A stretch of 64,000 nt of DNA from Octopus vulgaris (lineage: Eukaryota), in assembly GCA_951406725.2 (NCBI GenBank), contig OX597823.1:99014001-99078000 (forward strand), in the 5' to 3' direction. The notes under the pieces were generated by a model. It had not been told where the DNA came from. It worked only from the letters and a program-made list of their open reading frames with translations, and did not search any database. The position numbers were made by a program, and so were the translations under genes. This document shows positions 17,773 to 30,465 of this stretch, in pieces (position 1 is the stretch's first letter; the number at the start of each line of letters is the position of its first letter).

Positions 17773-20344
17773 AAGGCCACCTCAAACAGATGCAGGATGG
17801 CCACCACAGACACCAACACCAACACACACACCACAAAAATATTTCTACTGAATGTAGGAGGGCTGCTGCGCGGAAACTGTAAAAAGAAAATTTCATTCCT
17901 GAGAGACCTTGTGACATGCAATCAAGCTATATGCATGGCACTCACAGAAACGCATCTTGAACCCAATATAGGTGATGCAGAAATACACATGCCGCAATAT
18001 GCAGTCATACGCACAGATAGAAAAGGGAGGAGCCATGGTGGAGTTGCAATGTACATCCGAGATGACCTCACACCCCAGGTCCTGCTGTCATATTCAAACT
18101 CAGTATGTGAAACTCAAATTGTACACATAAGACAACTGAATATCGTCATATGCACTACATATCGCCCACCAGATGCCCCAAAACACTCAGGCATGTTTGA
18201 AGACTGCCTAACAAAAATAGGAGAAGTCCTCACCAACCTTGAACAGCACAACAGTGTATTCTTCATGGGTGACTTTAACCTCCCCAATGTGGAATGGCCT
18301 GGGGGGCAGATGCTCCCAGGGATGACACACCATCAGCAGGCACAGGTGGAGTCCCTGCTCCATCTCACAAATGCCTCTTTCATGGAGCAAATAGTTCTGC
18401 AACCAACAAGGGCAGATAATATACTGGATCTCTGCTTCACAAACAATATGGATATTATCCATAATGTGATGCCGACAATGATCTCGGATCACAACATAAT
18501 AGAGCTGTCTATGTATGGAATAAAAGCCCCCGCAGACACACAGCCTATACGAAGCACCCACCATCTCTCCAACTTAAACTTTCATAAAGCCAACTGGAAG
18601 TCGATTGAGAAAGAGATCCTCAAACAGGATTGGCCTGAATGTCTCTCCACACCGGACATAAACATGAAACACAAACATTTCATGTCCATAATACAAGCCA
18701 TATGTGACAAATATGTCCCAATGTGCAGGGCCAGCACACACAAGAACAAAAACAGGATCCCTAGAGAAAGGAGGATTCTTATGAGACGACGGACAAGGAT
18801 TGCAAACCGCCTGAGCAAGCACACCAAAAGTGGTGAGAAGTCTCGGCTCGAAAGAATGCTAATGGAAACTGAGAAAAGTCTACATCAGTCCCATGAAAAG
18901 GAGAGAGCAGATAAAGAAGCTTGGGTAATAGAAAATATAAAATCAAACCCTAAAGCTTTCTTTAAGTTTGCCAAAGAGACAGCCACAGTGCACCAGAGAA
19001 TAGGACCTCTCTTCCAAAAAGATGGCTCTCTCACAGCATGGATTTCGACCAGGTAGAGGCTGCCTAACACAGCTCCTGCAACACTATGACTGGGTGTTGA
19101 AATAGCTACTAAATGGCTCAAATGTGGATGTAATATATCTCGACTTTGCAAAAGCCTTTGATAAAGTCGACCATGGTATGATCTGTCACAAACTGCGTGG
19201 TCTCGGCATAGGCGGGAAACTTGGAGAGTGGCTGCACAACTTCCTAAAAGACAGAAAACAGGCAGTTGTGAGCAATGGAGCCACCTCCAAGGAAACGCAA
19301 ATAACAAGCGGTGTCCCACAGGGCACTGTCTTAGGGCCACTGATGTTCATAGTGGCCCTTTCAGACATGCCTTCAGTTGCTACGATGACCACCCTTGCTA
19401 GCTATGCAGATGACACAAAAGTCTCCCACGCAATACAAAACCCTGAAAATATTGCGCATCTGCAACATGAGCTGGACACAATATACAGGTGGGCTGAGGA
19501 CAACAACATGCAGTTTAATGCAGGTAAGTTCCAGGCCCTGCGCTACTGGCACACAAAGGTAAATGACGTGAAGACTGGATACACTGGCCCAGGAAGAATT
19601 GCAATCCCTGAGTCAAAATTAGTGCATGACCTGGGCATTGACATGAGCAATGATGCATCTTTCCAAATGCATATTGTTAATCTGGTGATAAAATGCAGAC
19701 GGCTAGTTGGATGGATTCTCCGAACTTTCAGAACAAGAGAGAAGGAGACACTGATGGTCCTATGGAAAACATTCGTCATCAGCCACTTGGACTACTGCTC
19801 CCAACTTTGGTCACCACACAATATAAAACTAACAGCAGAACTCGAAGCAATTCAGAGAAGCTACACAAAGAAAATCGTCTCAATGCAAAATATCAGCTAC
19901 TGGGAAAGACTGAAGGTATTAAACCTCTTCTCCCTAGAGCGGAGGCGGGAGAGATATGCGGTGATATACATCTGGAAAATCCTGGAGGGCGCCACTGCAT
20001 GGTGCCAAGGATTCCAACATCACCATCAAAATACAGGTCCAGATACTGCAACAGGTTGGGTTTCAGAGGACCACAGCTCATTAACATCCTCCCTAAATGC
20101 CTGAGAGACTTACATGGTGTGGATGTGGGTTTCTTTAAAACTAAACTGGATCTCTTCTTGTTGGGAGTCCCAGATGAACCTACCTCACGACAGGAGACGC
20201 GGATGCGGGCAGCAGCATCGAACTCCCTTGTTGATCAAGTGCCACGTATCAGAGGTGGATTCACAAATTAGTGTAGCTCATTCAGCAGTGGTGCCCCAGC
20301 ATGGCCACGGCCTTCGGGCTAAAACATTTTTAAGGATTTAAGGA
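17773..20344 (+). mobile_element. CR1-group LINE, subfamily C, with internal deletions
   Basis: APE domain ([25 protein letters not shown]) then RT ([27 protein letters not shown]); large deletion at about 19036 and small one at about 19990; (TTTAAGGA) tail. Confidence 0.9.
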
Positions 20345-20423
20345 TATATATACATACATATACATATATATATACATATACATACATATACATATATACA
20401 ACTATATATACCTCAGTATACAG

Positions 20424-20630
20424 TATACTCTTTTACTTGTTGCAGTCATTTGACTGCGGCCATGCTGGAGCACCACCTTTGCTCGAGCGGATTGACCTCA
20501 GGACTTACTCTTTGTAAGCCTAGTACTTGTTCTATCGGTCTCTCTTGCCGAACCGCTAAGTTATGGGGACGTGGACACACCAGCATTGGTTGTAAGGCGA
20601 TGTTGGGGGGACAAACACAGACACACAAAC
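20424..20630 (-). mobile_element. SINE 3' half with CR1-type tail
   Basis: Minus strand ends GGTGCTCCAGCATGGCCGCAGTCAAATGACTGCAACAAGTAAAAGAGTA, paralleling the LINE terminus at 39915; non-coding body. Confidence 0.7.
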
Positions 20631-20964
20631 ATCAACCAATCATGGCAATTGCCAGACTCTCTTGGCACCTGTGCCGATGGCACCATCCATACGCAGTCGA
20701 TGCCAGTGCCACCTTGACTGGCTTCCATGCTGGTGGCACGTAAGACACGAACGTGGCCATTGCCAGCCTCCCCTGGCACCTGTGCCGGTGGCACATAAAG
20801 AACACCCACTACACTCACGGAGTGGTTGTCGTTAGGAAGAGCATCCAGCTGTAGAAACACTGCCAGATCAGACTGGAGCCTGGTGCAGCCTCCTAGCTTC
20901 CCAGACCCCAGTCGAACCGTCCAATCCATGCTAGCATGGAAAACGGACGTTAAACGATGATGAT
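20631..20964 (+). mobile_element. RTE 3' UTR fragment
   Basis: GTGCCGGTGGCAC modules, GGAAGAGCATCCAGCTGTAGAAAC, ...GGACGTTAAACGATGATGAT. Confidence 0.8.
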
Positions 20965-21176
20965 ATACATATATATATACGTATATATACGTATATACAT
21001 ATATATAACTATATATACATATATATATATATATACAACTATATATACATATATATATATATACAACTATATATACATACATATATATATACAACTATAT
21101 ATACATACATATATATATACATATATATATATATACATATATATATACATATATACGACTATATATACTTATATAT

Positions 21177-21310
21177 ATAATAAACCTTTACATGAATAAA
21201 TAACGTGAAATACACGAAGGGACGAACAAAAAGACAAACGGGTCATTCAAAGCCTTCATTCTTCAGTCAGAAACTGATCCCTCATCGCAGATTTCGGCTG
21301 TTTAATTCTA
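21177..21310. repeat. ~134-bp non-coding segment, copy 1 (possible Penelope-like terminus)
   Basis: Identical by eye to 22901-23034; minus strand has CAGCC-GAAA, resembling the 3' half of a hammerhead. Confidence 0.5.
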
Positions 21311-21536
21311 TATATGTAAATACATATAAACAACTATATATACATATATATATATATATACATATATACAACTATATATACATATATATATATATATATA
21401 CATATATACAACTATATAGACATATATATATATATATATATATACATATATACAACTATATATACATATATATATATATATATATACACATATATACAAC
21501 TATATATACATACATATATATATACATATATACAAC

Positions 21537-21568
<32 letters not shown>

Positions 21569-21720
21569 CAACTATATATACATATATATATATATATACA
21601 TATATACAACTATATATACATATATATATATATATATACATATATACAACTATATATACATATATATATATACATATATACAACTATATATACATATATA
21701 TATATATACATATATACAAC

Positions 21721-22135
21721 TCAGGGGACCTAAAGGTAAATATGTTTTGCACTCCAGTGGCACGTAAAAAGCACCATCCTTTCGTGGCCGTTGCCAGCCT
21801 TGCTTGGCCCCCCCGTGACGGTGGCACATAAAAAGCACCATCCATTCATGGCCGTTGCCAGCCTCGCCTGGCCCCCGTGCCAGTGGCACATAAAAAGCAC
21901 CATCCATTCGTGGCCGTTTGCCAGATTTGTCTGGCACCTGTGCCGGTGGCACGTAAAAAGCACCCACTACACTCATGGAGTGGTTGGCGTTAGGAAGGGC
22001 ATCCAGCCGTAGAAACACTGCCAGATCAAACTGGGCTTGGTGCAGCCTTCTGGCTTCCCAGACCCCAGTTGAACCGTCCAACCCATGCTAGCATGGAAAG
22101 CGGACTCTAAATGATGATGATGATGATGATGATGA
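21721..22135 (+). mobile_element. RTE 3' UTR fragment
   Basis: Four GTGGCAC-RTAAAAAG-CACC modules, conserved RTE terminus and (GAT)n tail. Confidence 0.85.
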
Positions 22136-22351
22136 TATATACATATATACAACTATATATACATATATATATATATATACATATATACAACTATATATAC
22201 ATATATATATATATATGTATATACATATATACAACTAAATATACATATATATATATATGTATATACATATATACAACTAAATATACATATATATATATAC
22301 ATATATACAACTATATATACATATATATATATATATATACATGTATACAAC

Positions 22352-22383
<32 letters not shown>

Positions 22384-22805
22384 CATGTATACAACTATAT
22401 ATACATATATATATATACATATATATATACATATATACATATATATATACATATATATATATATACATATATACAACTATATATACATATATATATATAT
22501 ATATATACATATATACAACTATATATACGTATATATATATATATATACATATATACAACTATATATACATATATATATATATACATATACATATATACAA
22601 CTATATATACATATATATATATATATACATATATACAACTATATATACATATATATATATATACATATATACATATACATATATATACATATACATATAT
22701 ATACATATACACACATATATATATATACATATATATATATACATATATATACATATATATATATATACATATATATACATATATATATATATACATATAT
22801 ATACA

Positions 22806-22837
<32 letters not shown>

Positions 22838-22900
22838 CATATATATATATATACATATATATATACATATACATATATACGACTATATATACTTATATAT

Positions 22901-23034
22901 ATAATAAACCTTTACATGAATAAATAACGTGAAATACACGAAGGGACGAACAAAAAGACAAACGGGTCATTCAAAGCCTTCATTCTTCAGTCAGAAACTG
23001 ATCCCTCATCGCAGATTTCGGCTGTTTAATTCTA
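22901..23034. repeat. ~134-bp non-coding segment, copy 2
   Basis: Direct repeat of 21177-21310 at 1724-bp offset, including the flanking GACTATATATACTT variant. Confidence 0.6.
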
Positions 23035-23280
23035 TATATGTAAATACATATAAACAACTATATATACATATATATATATATACATATATACAACTATATA
23101 TACATATATATATATATATATACATATATACAACTATATAGACATATATATATATATATATATATACATATATACAACTATATATACATATATATATATT
23201 GGACCTCCCCCTCCCCAACTCAACTCTAGAATATCTGTATTTCTTTCCTCTACCTAATTACGTTACTCAGTGACGATAAA

Positions 23281-23662
23281 TGCTGTGACTACAAAGACCC
23301 GGGCTGCTTTCTGCAGCAATTCCACATACCCCCTACTCATTCTAAGTACCCCGGATCCCCAAAGTACCCTGGATCCCCAAAGTACCCCGGACCTCGTTGC
23401 CCCCGTGCCGCTGACACGTTAAAATGCTCGAACCGATCGTGACGATGCCGGACCCTCCGGCCCCTGTGCAGGTGGCACGTAAAAAGCACCCAATCCACTC
23501 ACGGAGTGGTTGGCGTTAGGAAGGGCATCCAGCCGTAGAAACTCTGCCAAATTCAGACTGGAGCCTGGTGCGGCCCCTGGCTTCCCAGACCCGGTCAAAC
23601 CGTCCAACCCATGCTAGCGCAGAAAGCGGACGTTAAACGATGATGATGATGATGATGATGAT
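23281..23662 (+). mobile_element. RTE 3' fragment, same subfamily as 619-1553
   Basis: Shares GACCCGGGCTGCTTTCTGCAGCAATTCCACATACCCCCTAC and the CCCCAAAGTACCCCGGA repeats; (GAT)n tail. Confidence 0.85.
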
Positions 23663-23783
23663 ATACATATATGCAACTATATATACATACATATATATAT
23701 ACATATATACAACTATATATACATATATATATATATATATACAACTATATATACATATATATATATATATACATATATACAAC

Positions 23784-23815
<32 letters not shown>

Positions 23816-24256
23816 CATATATACAACTATATATACATATATATATATATACATATATACAACTATATATACATATATATATATATACATATATACAACT
23901 ATATATACATATATATATATATATATACATATATACAACTATATATACATATATATATATATATACATATATACAACTATATATACATATATATATATAT
24001 ATGTATATACATATATACAACTAAATATACATATATATATATATATGTATATACATATATACAACTAAATATACATATATATATATACATATATACAACT
24101 ATATATACATATATATATATATATACATGTATACAACTATATATACATATATATATATATACATATATATATACATATATACATATATATATATATACAT
24201 ATATACAACTATATATACATATATATATATATATACATATATACAACTATATATAC

Positions 24257-24303
<47 letters not shown>

Positions 24304-24358
24304 CAACTATATATACATATATATATATATATATATACATACATACAACTATATATAC

Positions 24359-24407
<49 letters not shown>

Positions 24408-24458
24408 CAACTATATATACATATATATATATATATACATATATACAACTATATATAC

Positions 24459-24547
<89 letters not shown>

Positions 24548-24782
24548 CATATATACATATATATATATACACATATATACATATATATATACATATATAC
24601 ATATATATATACATATATATATACATATACATATATATACATATACATATATATACATATACATATATATACATATACATATATATACATATACATATAT
24701 ATACATATATATATATACATATATATATATACATATATATACATATATATATATACATATATATACATATATATATATATAC

Positions 24783-24813
<31 letters not shown>

Positions 24814-25174
24814 CATATATATATACATATATATACATATACATATATATACATATATATACATATACATATATATACGTATATATATATACATATATAT
24901 ACATATATATATACATATATATACATATACATATATATACATATATATACATATACATAGATATACATATATATATATATACATATACATATATATATAT
25001 ATACATATATATACATATACATATATATATACATATATATATATACATATATATACATATATATATATATATATGTATATACATATATATATGTATATAC
25101 ATATATATATGTATATACATATATATATGTATATATATGTATATACATATATATATGTATATACATATATATAT

Positions 25175-25383
25175 GAAAATAATAGTTATCGCCATACTAA
25201 TATGGCATTCTTATAAAAATAAGAATAAAGCTGTCCGCTTATTAGCTCCATGAGGCAATCGCCTTAAGTTAGCTATTTGATAAACAAACTGTATCCATAT
25301 AACCTTCGAACAAGGGAGGTCAGTCGCTCCACACTACTTGACCGGCAGCTACAGACGCGTTTCGGGGTATTGCCCCTTTTCAT
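25175..25383 (-). mobile_element. Penelope-like terminal fragment with 5'-clipped minimal hammerhead motif
   Basis: Minus strand: (A)TGA-AAA-GGGG-CAATA-CCCC-GAAA-CGCG-TC-TGTAGCTG; the upstream CTG and stem I are replaced by microsatellite. Confidence 0.55.
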
Positions 25384-25699
25384 ATATATATGTATATACA
25401 TATATATATATATACATATATATATGTATATACATATATATATGTATATACATATATATATGTATATACATATATATATGTATATACATATATATATACA
25501 TATATATATGTATATACATATATATATATACATATATATATGTATATACATATGTATATACATATATATATATACATATATATATATACATATATATATA
25601 TGTATATACATATATATATGTATATACATATATATATATACATATATATATGTATATACATATATATATGTATATACATATATATATGTATATACATAT

Positions 25700-25747
<48 letters not shown>

Positions 25748-25788
25748 TATACATATACATATATATATATACATATATATACATATAC

Positions 25789-25829
<41 letters not shown>

Positions 25830-26423
25830 TATGTATATACGTATATACGTATATACGTATATACGTATATACGTATATACATATATACGTATATACATAT
25901 ATACGTATATACATATATACGTATATACATATATATGTATATACATATATATGTATATACATATATATGTATATACATATATATGTATATACATATATAT
26001 GTATATACACATATATATATGCATGTATATATATGTATATATATATATATATATGTATGTATATATATGTATATATATATATGTATATGTATGTATATAT
26101 ATGTATATATATATATGTATATGTATGTATATATATGTATGTATATGTATGTATGTATATATATATATGTATATATATGTATATATATATATGTATATAT
26201 ATGTATATATATATATATGTATATATATGTATATATATATATATGTATATATATATGTATTATATATGTGTATATATATGTATATATATATATGTATATA
26301 TATATATGTATATATATGTATATATGTATATATATGTATATATGTATATATATACATATGTATGTATATATATATATGTATATATATGTATATATATACA
26401 TATGTATATATATATATACATAT

Positions 26424-26957
26424 GAAGATAGCCTCTATGCAGAATGTAAGCTACTGGGAAAGACTCGAGATTAAAATTATATTCCCTGGAGCGTAGGCGG
26501 GAAAGATATGCCATAATATACATCTGGAAGATCCTGGAGGGAAGTGTCCTGAACTTTGGCATTGAGAGTTACGCAAATGCCAGAACTGGGCGCCACTGCA
26601 TGGTGCCTAGGACTCCAAACCTGCCATCAAGATGTAGGACAAGATACTGTGATAGCCTGGGCTTCCGAGGCCCACAGCTCTTCAATATCCTCCCGAAGAA
26701 CCTGAGAGACCTGCATGGGGTGGATACAGATGTCTTTAAAATGAAGCTGGATCTCTTCCTGTCAGGTGTCCCAGATGAACCAACTTCACGGCAGGAGGGG
26801 CAGATGAGGGCAGCTGCATCGAACTCTCTCATGCACCAAATAGCAGCTGCTAGAAAGCCTCCATGAAGTGAAACCAAGTAGCAACACAAAATGGCGGTGC
26901 CCCAGCATGGCCACAGCTCATAAGCTGAAACTAGAATCAATCAATCAATCAATCAAT
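26424..26957 (+). mobile_element. CR1-group LINE, subfamily B, short 3' fragment
   Basis: Near-identical to 38890-39414; (ATCA)n tail. Confidence 0.9.
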
Positions 26958-27051
26958 ATACATACATACATATACATACATATATATACATACATATACA
27001 TATATATATATACATATATATACATACATATATATACATATATATACATAC

Positions 27052-27085
<34 letters not shown>

Positions 27086-27279
27086 ACATACATATACATA
27101 CATACATATACATATACATATACATATATATATATACATATATATATACATATACACATATATATACATATACATATATATATATATACATATATATATA
27201 CATATACACATATATATACATATACTCATATATATACATATACACACATATATATACATATACATATATATATACATAT

Positions 27280-28469
27280 TGTTACGGAACGGACTGGAAT
27301 CGCCCGCCGTCGTCGCTCGTCCCGAACGGCTCACACAAGTTCCGCCACGGAACCCAAAGAGGCGGAGAGAGGAGATACAGATAGATACTGCCACAACCTC
27401 AACAGCACAGAGATACAGAGGCACAACCCGAGATACAACCCAAAGAGGCAAGGCAACAACTGGCAACACTGGCTTATATTCAAACAACAGTTTATACGGC
27501 AATTACAATGTTACAACATCAAGATACATCAAAGCATGCACGTGACTACTCAATACATAATACAACATCATGTAACAATATATCAGTCCGGAGACGCAAC
27601 AAGTCATATACAGTATTTCAAAGGTACACGTCCGAAGACACAGTTCTCTAAAGTCTCTTTTTCTAAACATCACAATCAACAAGTCCTTTACTCTTCAATT
27701 CACAATGTCCTTTATCGACCACATCGACAGAGTCCTTGACTGTTCTCTCTTCTTTTCTTTTATATCGTGACACGTATCAATACACAATCAATACAATTAA
27801 ATACCTTATTCCCAATTGAATCTGCCAGTGTCCCATTCCTCTTAATACTGCTAATTCCTCTGAATACTGCTAATTCCCTTCTGTGCCGCCAAGCTTTCTC
27901 GCATCCAACTTGCTCCTAAGAATTCCAACGCTTGCTCCTTAAATCCAAGGTTCCATCCACTCGCTCTGACCTCCAGAGTCCGTCCGTGTTCCTCGACGAC
28001 CGCTCAACGACTGCCCAGAACCTCACTTCCTTGTCCTGACTTCACTCCCTCATCTCCCTCTGTCTATATCGCTCCTACCCTTTCTAACTGCTCTCTGATT
28101 CCTTACTCTATCTATATCGCCTCAATCCCTTAGCCTCTCTATCTGTCCCTTACTGCTTGTCCTTTCTATTTGCCCTCTGCTCTTACTCTATCGCTATCGC
28201 CTGCCAGACTCTTAGCCTCTCCATCCGTCCCTTACTGCTTATACTCTATCTCTATCTGCTCTCAGCCCTTAATCTGTCCCCCTTCTTTCACATTCTCCTG
28301 ACCCTCTTCTCAGCCGCACGAGGTCACAGGTCATTCCAAAACCCATTAGTCCTCCATTAGACAAAAGACTGTCACATTTTCACCAGACATACTGGAACCA
28401 TATCCACGATGTGGGTCACCAGAAACACTACACTAATTAAACCCGAAATGCACTTAGCCAACCGTAACA
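27280..28469 (-). repeat. 3' LTR (1190 bp)
   Basis: Direct repeat of 30466-31657 with few differences; adjacent PPT AGGTAGGGGGTAG (minus strand, 28470-28482). Confidence 0.93.
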
Positions 28470-28480
28470 CTACCCCCTAC

Positions 28481-29284
28481 CTAAGCTTCTGTCGACCCGA
28501 CAAAGCATAACAAAACTCGCACCTCCGAGCAGCAGACTCTCCAGGGGCTGGGGGTCCCCTTGGGTGGTTTCTCCTCCGGGGGTCTCACCTCCCACGGCCA
28601 CCACTTCAGCACCAGCCACAGGTTGGCACCTTCCCTCTGCGGCTTGGGTAACACCTCCGCCAACGCCGCCAGGCTTCCTACTAGCCGTCCACAATAGGCG
28701 CACCGTCCGAGGAAGTTCCTCAAATCCCTCACACAGGAAGGGTCCGGCCAATCCTTCACAGTGGCCACCTTCCTCAGGGCTCTATAGCCCACGTAGCATC
28801 TTGCTGTACCATCTCCATTCCGCGCAATTATCGCCGACGACCAGGGACCATTCCGCTTTTCCACTGTTCCCCGTCGCCGATATCTCCTCTTGCGCTGCTG
28901 TACTGAGACCTTCCTCCGGCCTCGCCGCCTCCTCAAGCGACAACCGCCCTGGTCGACGAAACGTTCTGCCAGGTCCGTGCGACCAGCATCCAACAACCCT
29001 CGCGACCAACGTCCTGCGCTCTTCACCAACAGTTGCCTCTTCCGCAACTGCATCAGCGGACCACGAACTCCCTTAACTTCATCTCTGCACCGGCAGAACT
29101 GACCCCGCCGCTGGTTTACCGTCCGGCGCAGTTCCACGATTTGCCCTCTGCAAATCGCCTGCGCAGCCTTCAATAACTCGGCCGACCCAACCAGCGCTCT
29201 GTCAGACTCTGCCTCCACCAGGGTCCAGCCGACCCTCAATTGAGTTCCTATTCCGCACTGCATGTCGGGCTCCACCGGCCCCAC
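28481..29284 (-). pseudogene. Internally deleted pol-derived ORF (RT N-terminus fused to RT thumb)
   Basis: PWSSAIIARNGDGTARCYVGYRAL (cf. SPWSSPVVLV.KKDG..RFCVDYR.LN) joined directly to KVATVKDWPDPSCVRDLRNFLGRCAYCGRLV; no YxDD. Confidence 0.7.
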
Positions 29285-29291
29285 GCAACCA

Positions 29292-30407
29292 TCAAATTAC
29301 AGAGCTCCCCCAAGTGCCAACAAAGCACCAGCGACTCCTTGCGGACCGCTTCCTCAACTGCATCCGTGGGCCACCACCTCCTTCAACTGCGTTGCCGTAT
29401 CGGCAGAGCTGGCCCCACCACTGGTTCGCCATCTGGCACGATTCCTCGATTTGCCTTCTGCAAATCGCCTGTGCCACTTCCAAAAGATCGGCCGACCCAG
29501 CTAGCGCTCCACCAGCTTCTGCTTCCACTAGGGTCCACCCGACCCTCAATCGAGCTTTCACTAGGCACTGCCAGTCGGGCTCCACCGGCCCCAAGCAACC
29601 ATCAACCACAAAGCTCACCCAACGCTGAAGCAGTCCTCCTGGTCTCGGTGGACCCACCACCGTTCGCAGCCGTCTCGCCTCGTCAACGGGCCTGGTCCTT
29701 TTCCTCACCAGCTTCCGTACCGCAGGCCTCACAACACACACGCCCGGCCGCCAGTCCATCCACGCCTGTGGCCTCTCCACAGTGGGAACCATACAGTCCC
29801 TCTGGGCCCCAAGAGACAGGGGTCCAGACACCAAAGGACCCGCACACGGCATAGCACCTGCCGCGACCATCACACACAGAGCCGGAACCTCGGACTCAGC
29901 GACATTCGCCCCAGACCTCGCCAGCTCTTCGTCCTGAGCTCCGAGAGACAGGGGTCGAGATGCCAAGGGCTCCAGACACGGAACAACAGCATCAGCCATA
30001 ACACCTTCCACAGGCCTTTTGGTTACTTCAACCTCTACGGGTTCCAAATCACAAGATTTCTTGGGTACAGCGTCACAAATTTCGGCAACCAGCCCAGGTT
30101 CCGCAAACACAGCCGGTCCAGCATCACAGATTTCGGCAACACTTCCTTCACTATCTGTTTCCCTCGATGCTTCGTTCGACGGGCAATCTCTGCCCACAGG
30201 ACCGTCGCTATCCTCGGTCCAACACCGATCCTCCAGGGCTGACCCATCCGCAACCTCAGGCTCCTGCTGATCTGCCCACAGGCCCCGTCGCCTCTTGTCC
30301 ATTCTTTCCATGAGCGCGTCCGTCTGCGCCATCTGGCTCCTTAGCATCTCCACAATCAGAGCAAGCGAAATCTCCCCGTCTCCGGTCTGACAACCAGACA
30401 AATCCAT
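29292..30407 (-). CDS. ORF1 of the LTR element (Gag position; unknown protein)
   Basis: Open frame starting MDLSGCQ just after the PBS; N-terminal coiled-coil-like helix, acidic repeats (AEICDA x2); no zinc knuckle seen. Confidence 0.45.
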   Translation of the reverse strand: MDLSGCQTGDGEISLALIVEMLRSQMAQTDALMERMDKRRRGLWADQQEPEVADGSALEDRCWTEDSDGPVGRDCPSNEASRETDSEGSVAEICDAGPAVFAEPGLVAEICDAVPKKSCDLEPVEVEVTKRPVEGVMADAVVPCLEPLASRPLSLGAQDEELARSGANVAESEVPALCVMVAAGAMPCAGPLVSGPLSLGAQRDCMVPTVERPQAWMDWRPGVCVVRPAVRKLVRKRTRPVDEARRLRTVVGPPRPGGLLQRWVSFVVDGCLGPVEPDWQCLVKARLRVGWTLVEAEAGGALAGSADLLEVAQAICRRQIEESCQMANQWWGQLCRYGNAVEGGGGPRMQLRKRSARSRWCFVGTWGSSVI

Positions 30408-30444
30408 AGCGAAAAAGAACCGATCGAAACGCAGCAATCAGGAC

Positions 30445-30463
30445 AATCCCACTTCTGACACCA
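30445..30463 (-). other. Primer-binding site, tRNA-Leu type
   Basis: TGGTGTCAGAAGTGGGATT, 2 nt from the 5' LTR; complementary to the ...AATCCCACTTCTGACACCA 3' end of eukaryotic tRNA-Leu(CAA/CAG). Confidence 0.85.
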
Positions 30464-30465
30464 GT

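Larger units (their letters stand above)
20965..25174. repeat. TA-based minisatellite with CAACTA signature, split into blocks by insertions
   Basis: Unit approximately TACAACTATATATACATATATATA; found in this region and the short tract at about 20400. Confidence 0.85.
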
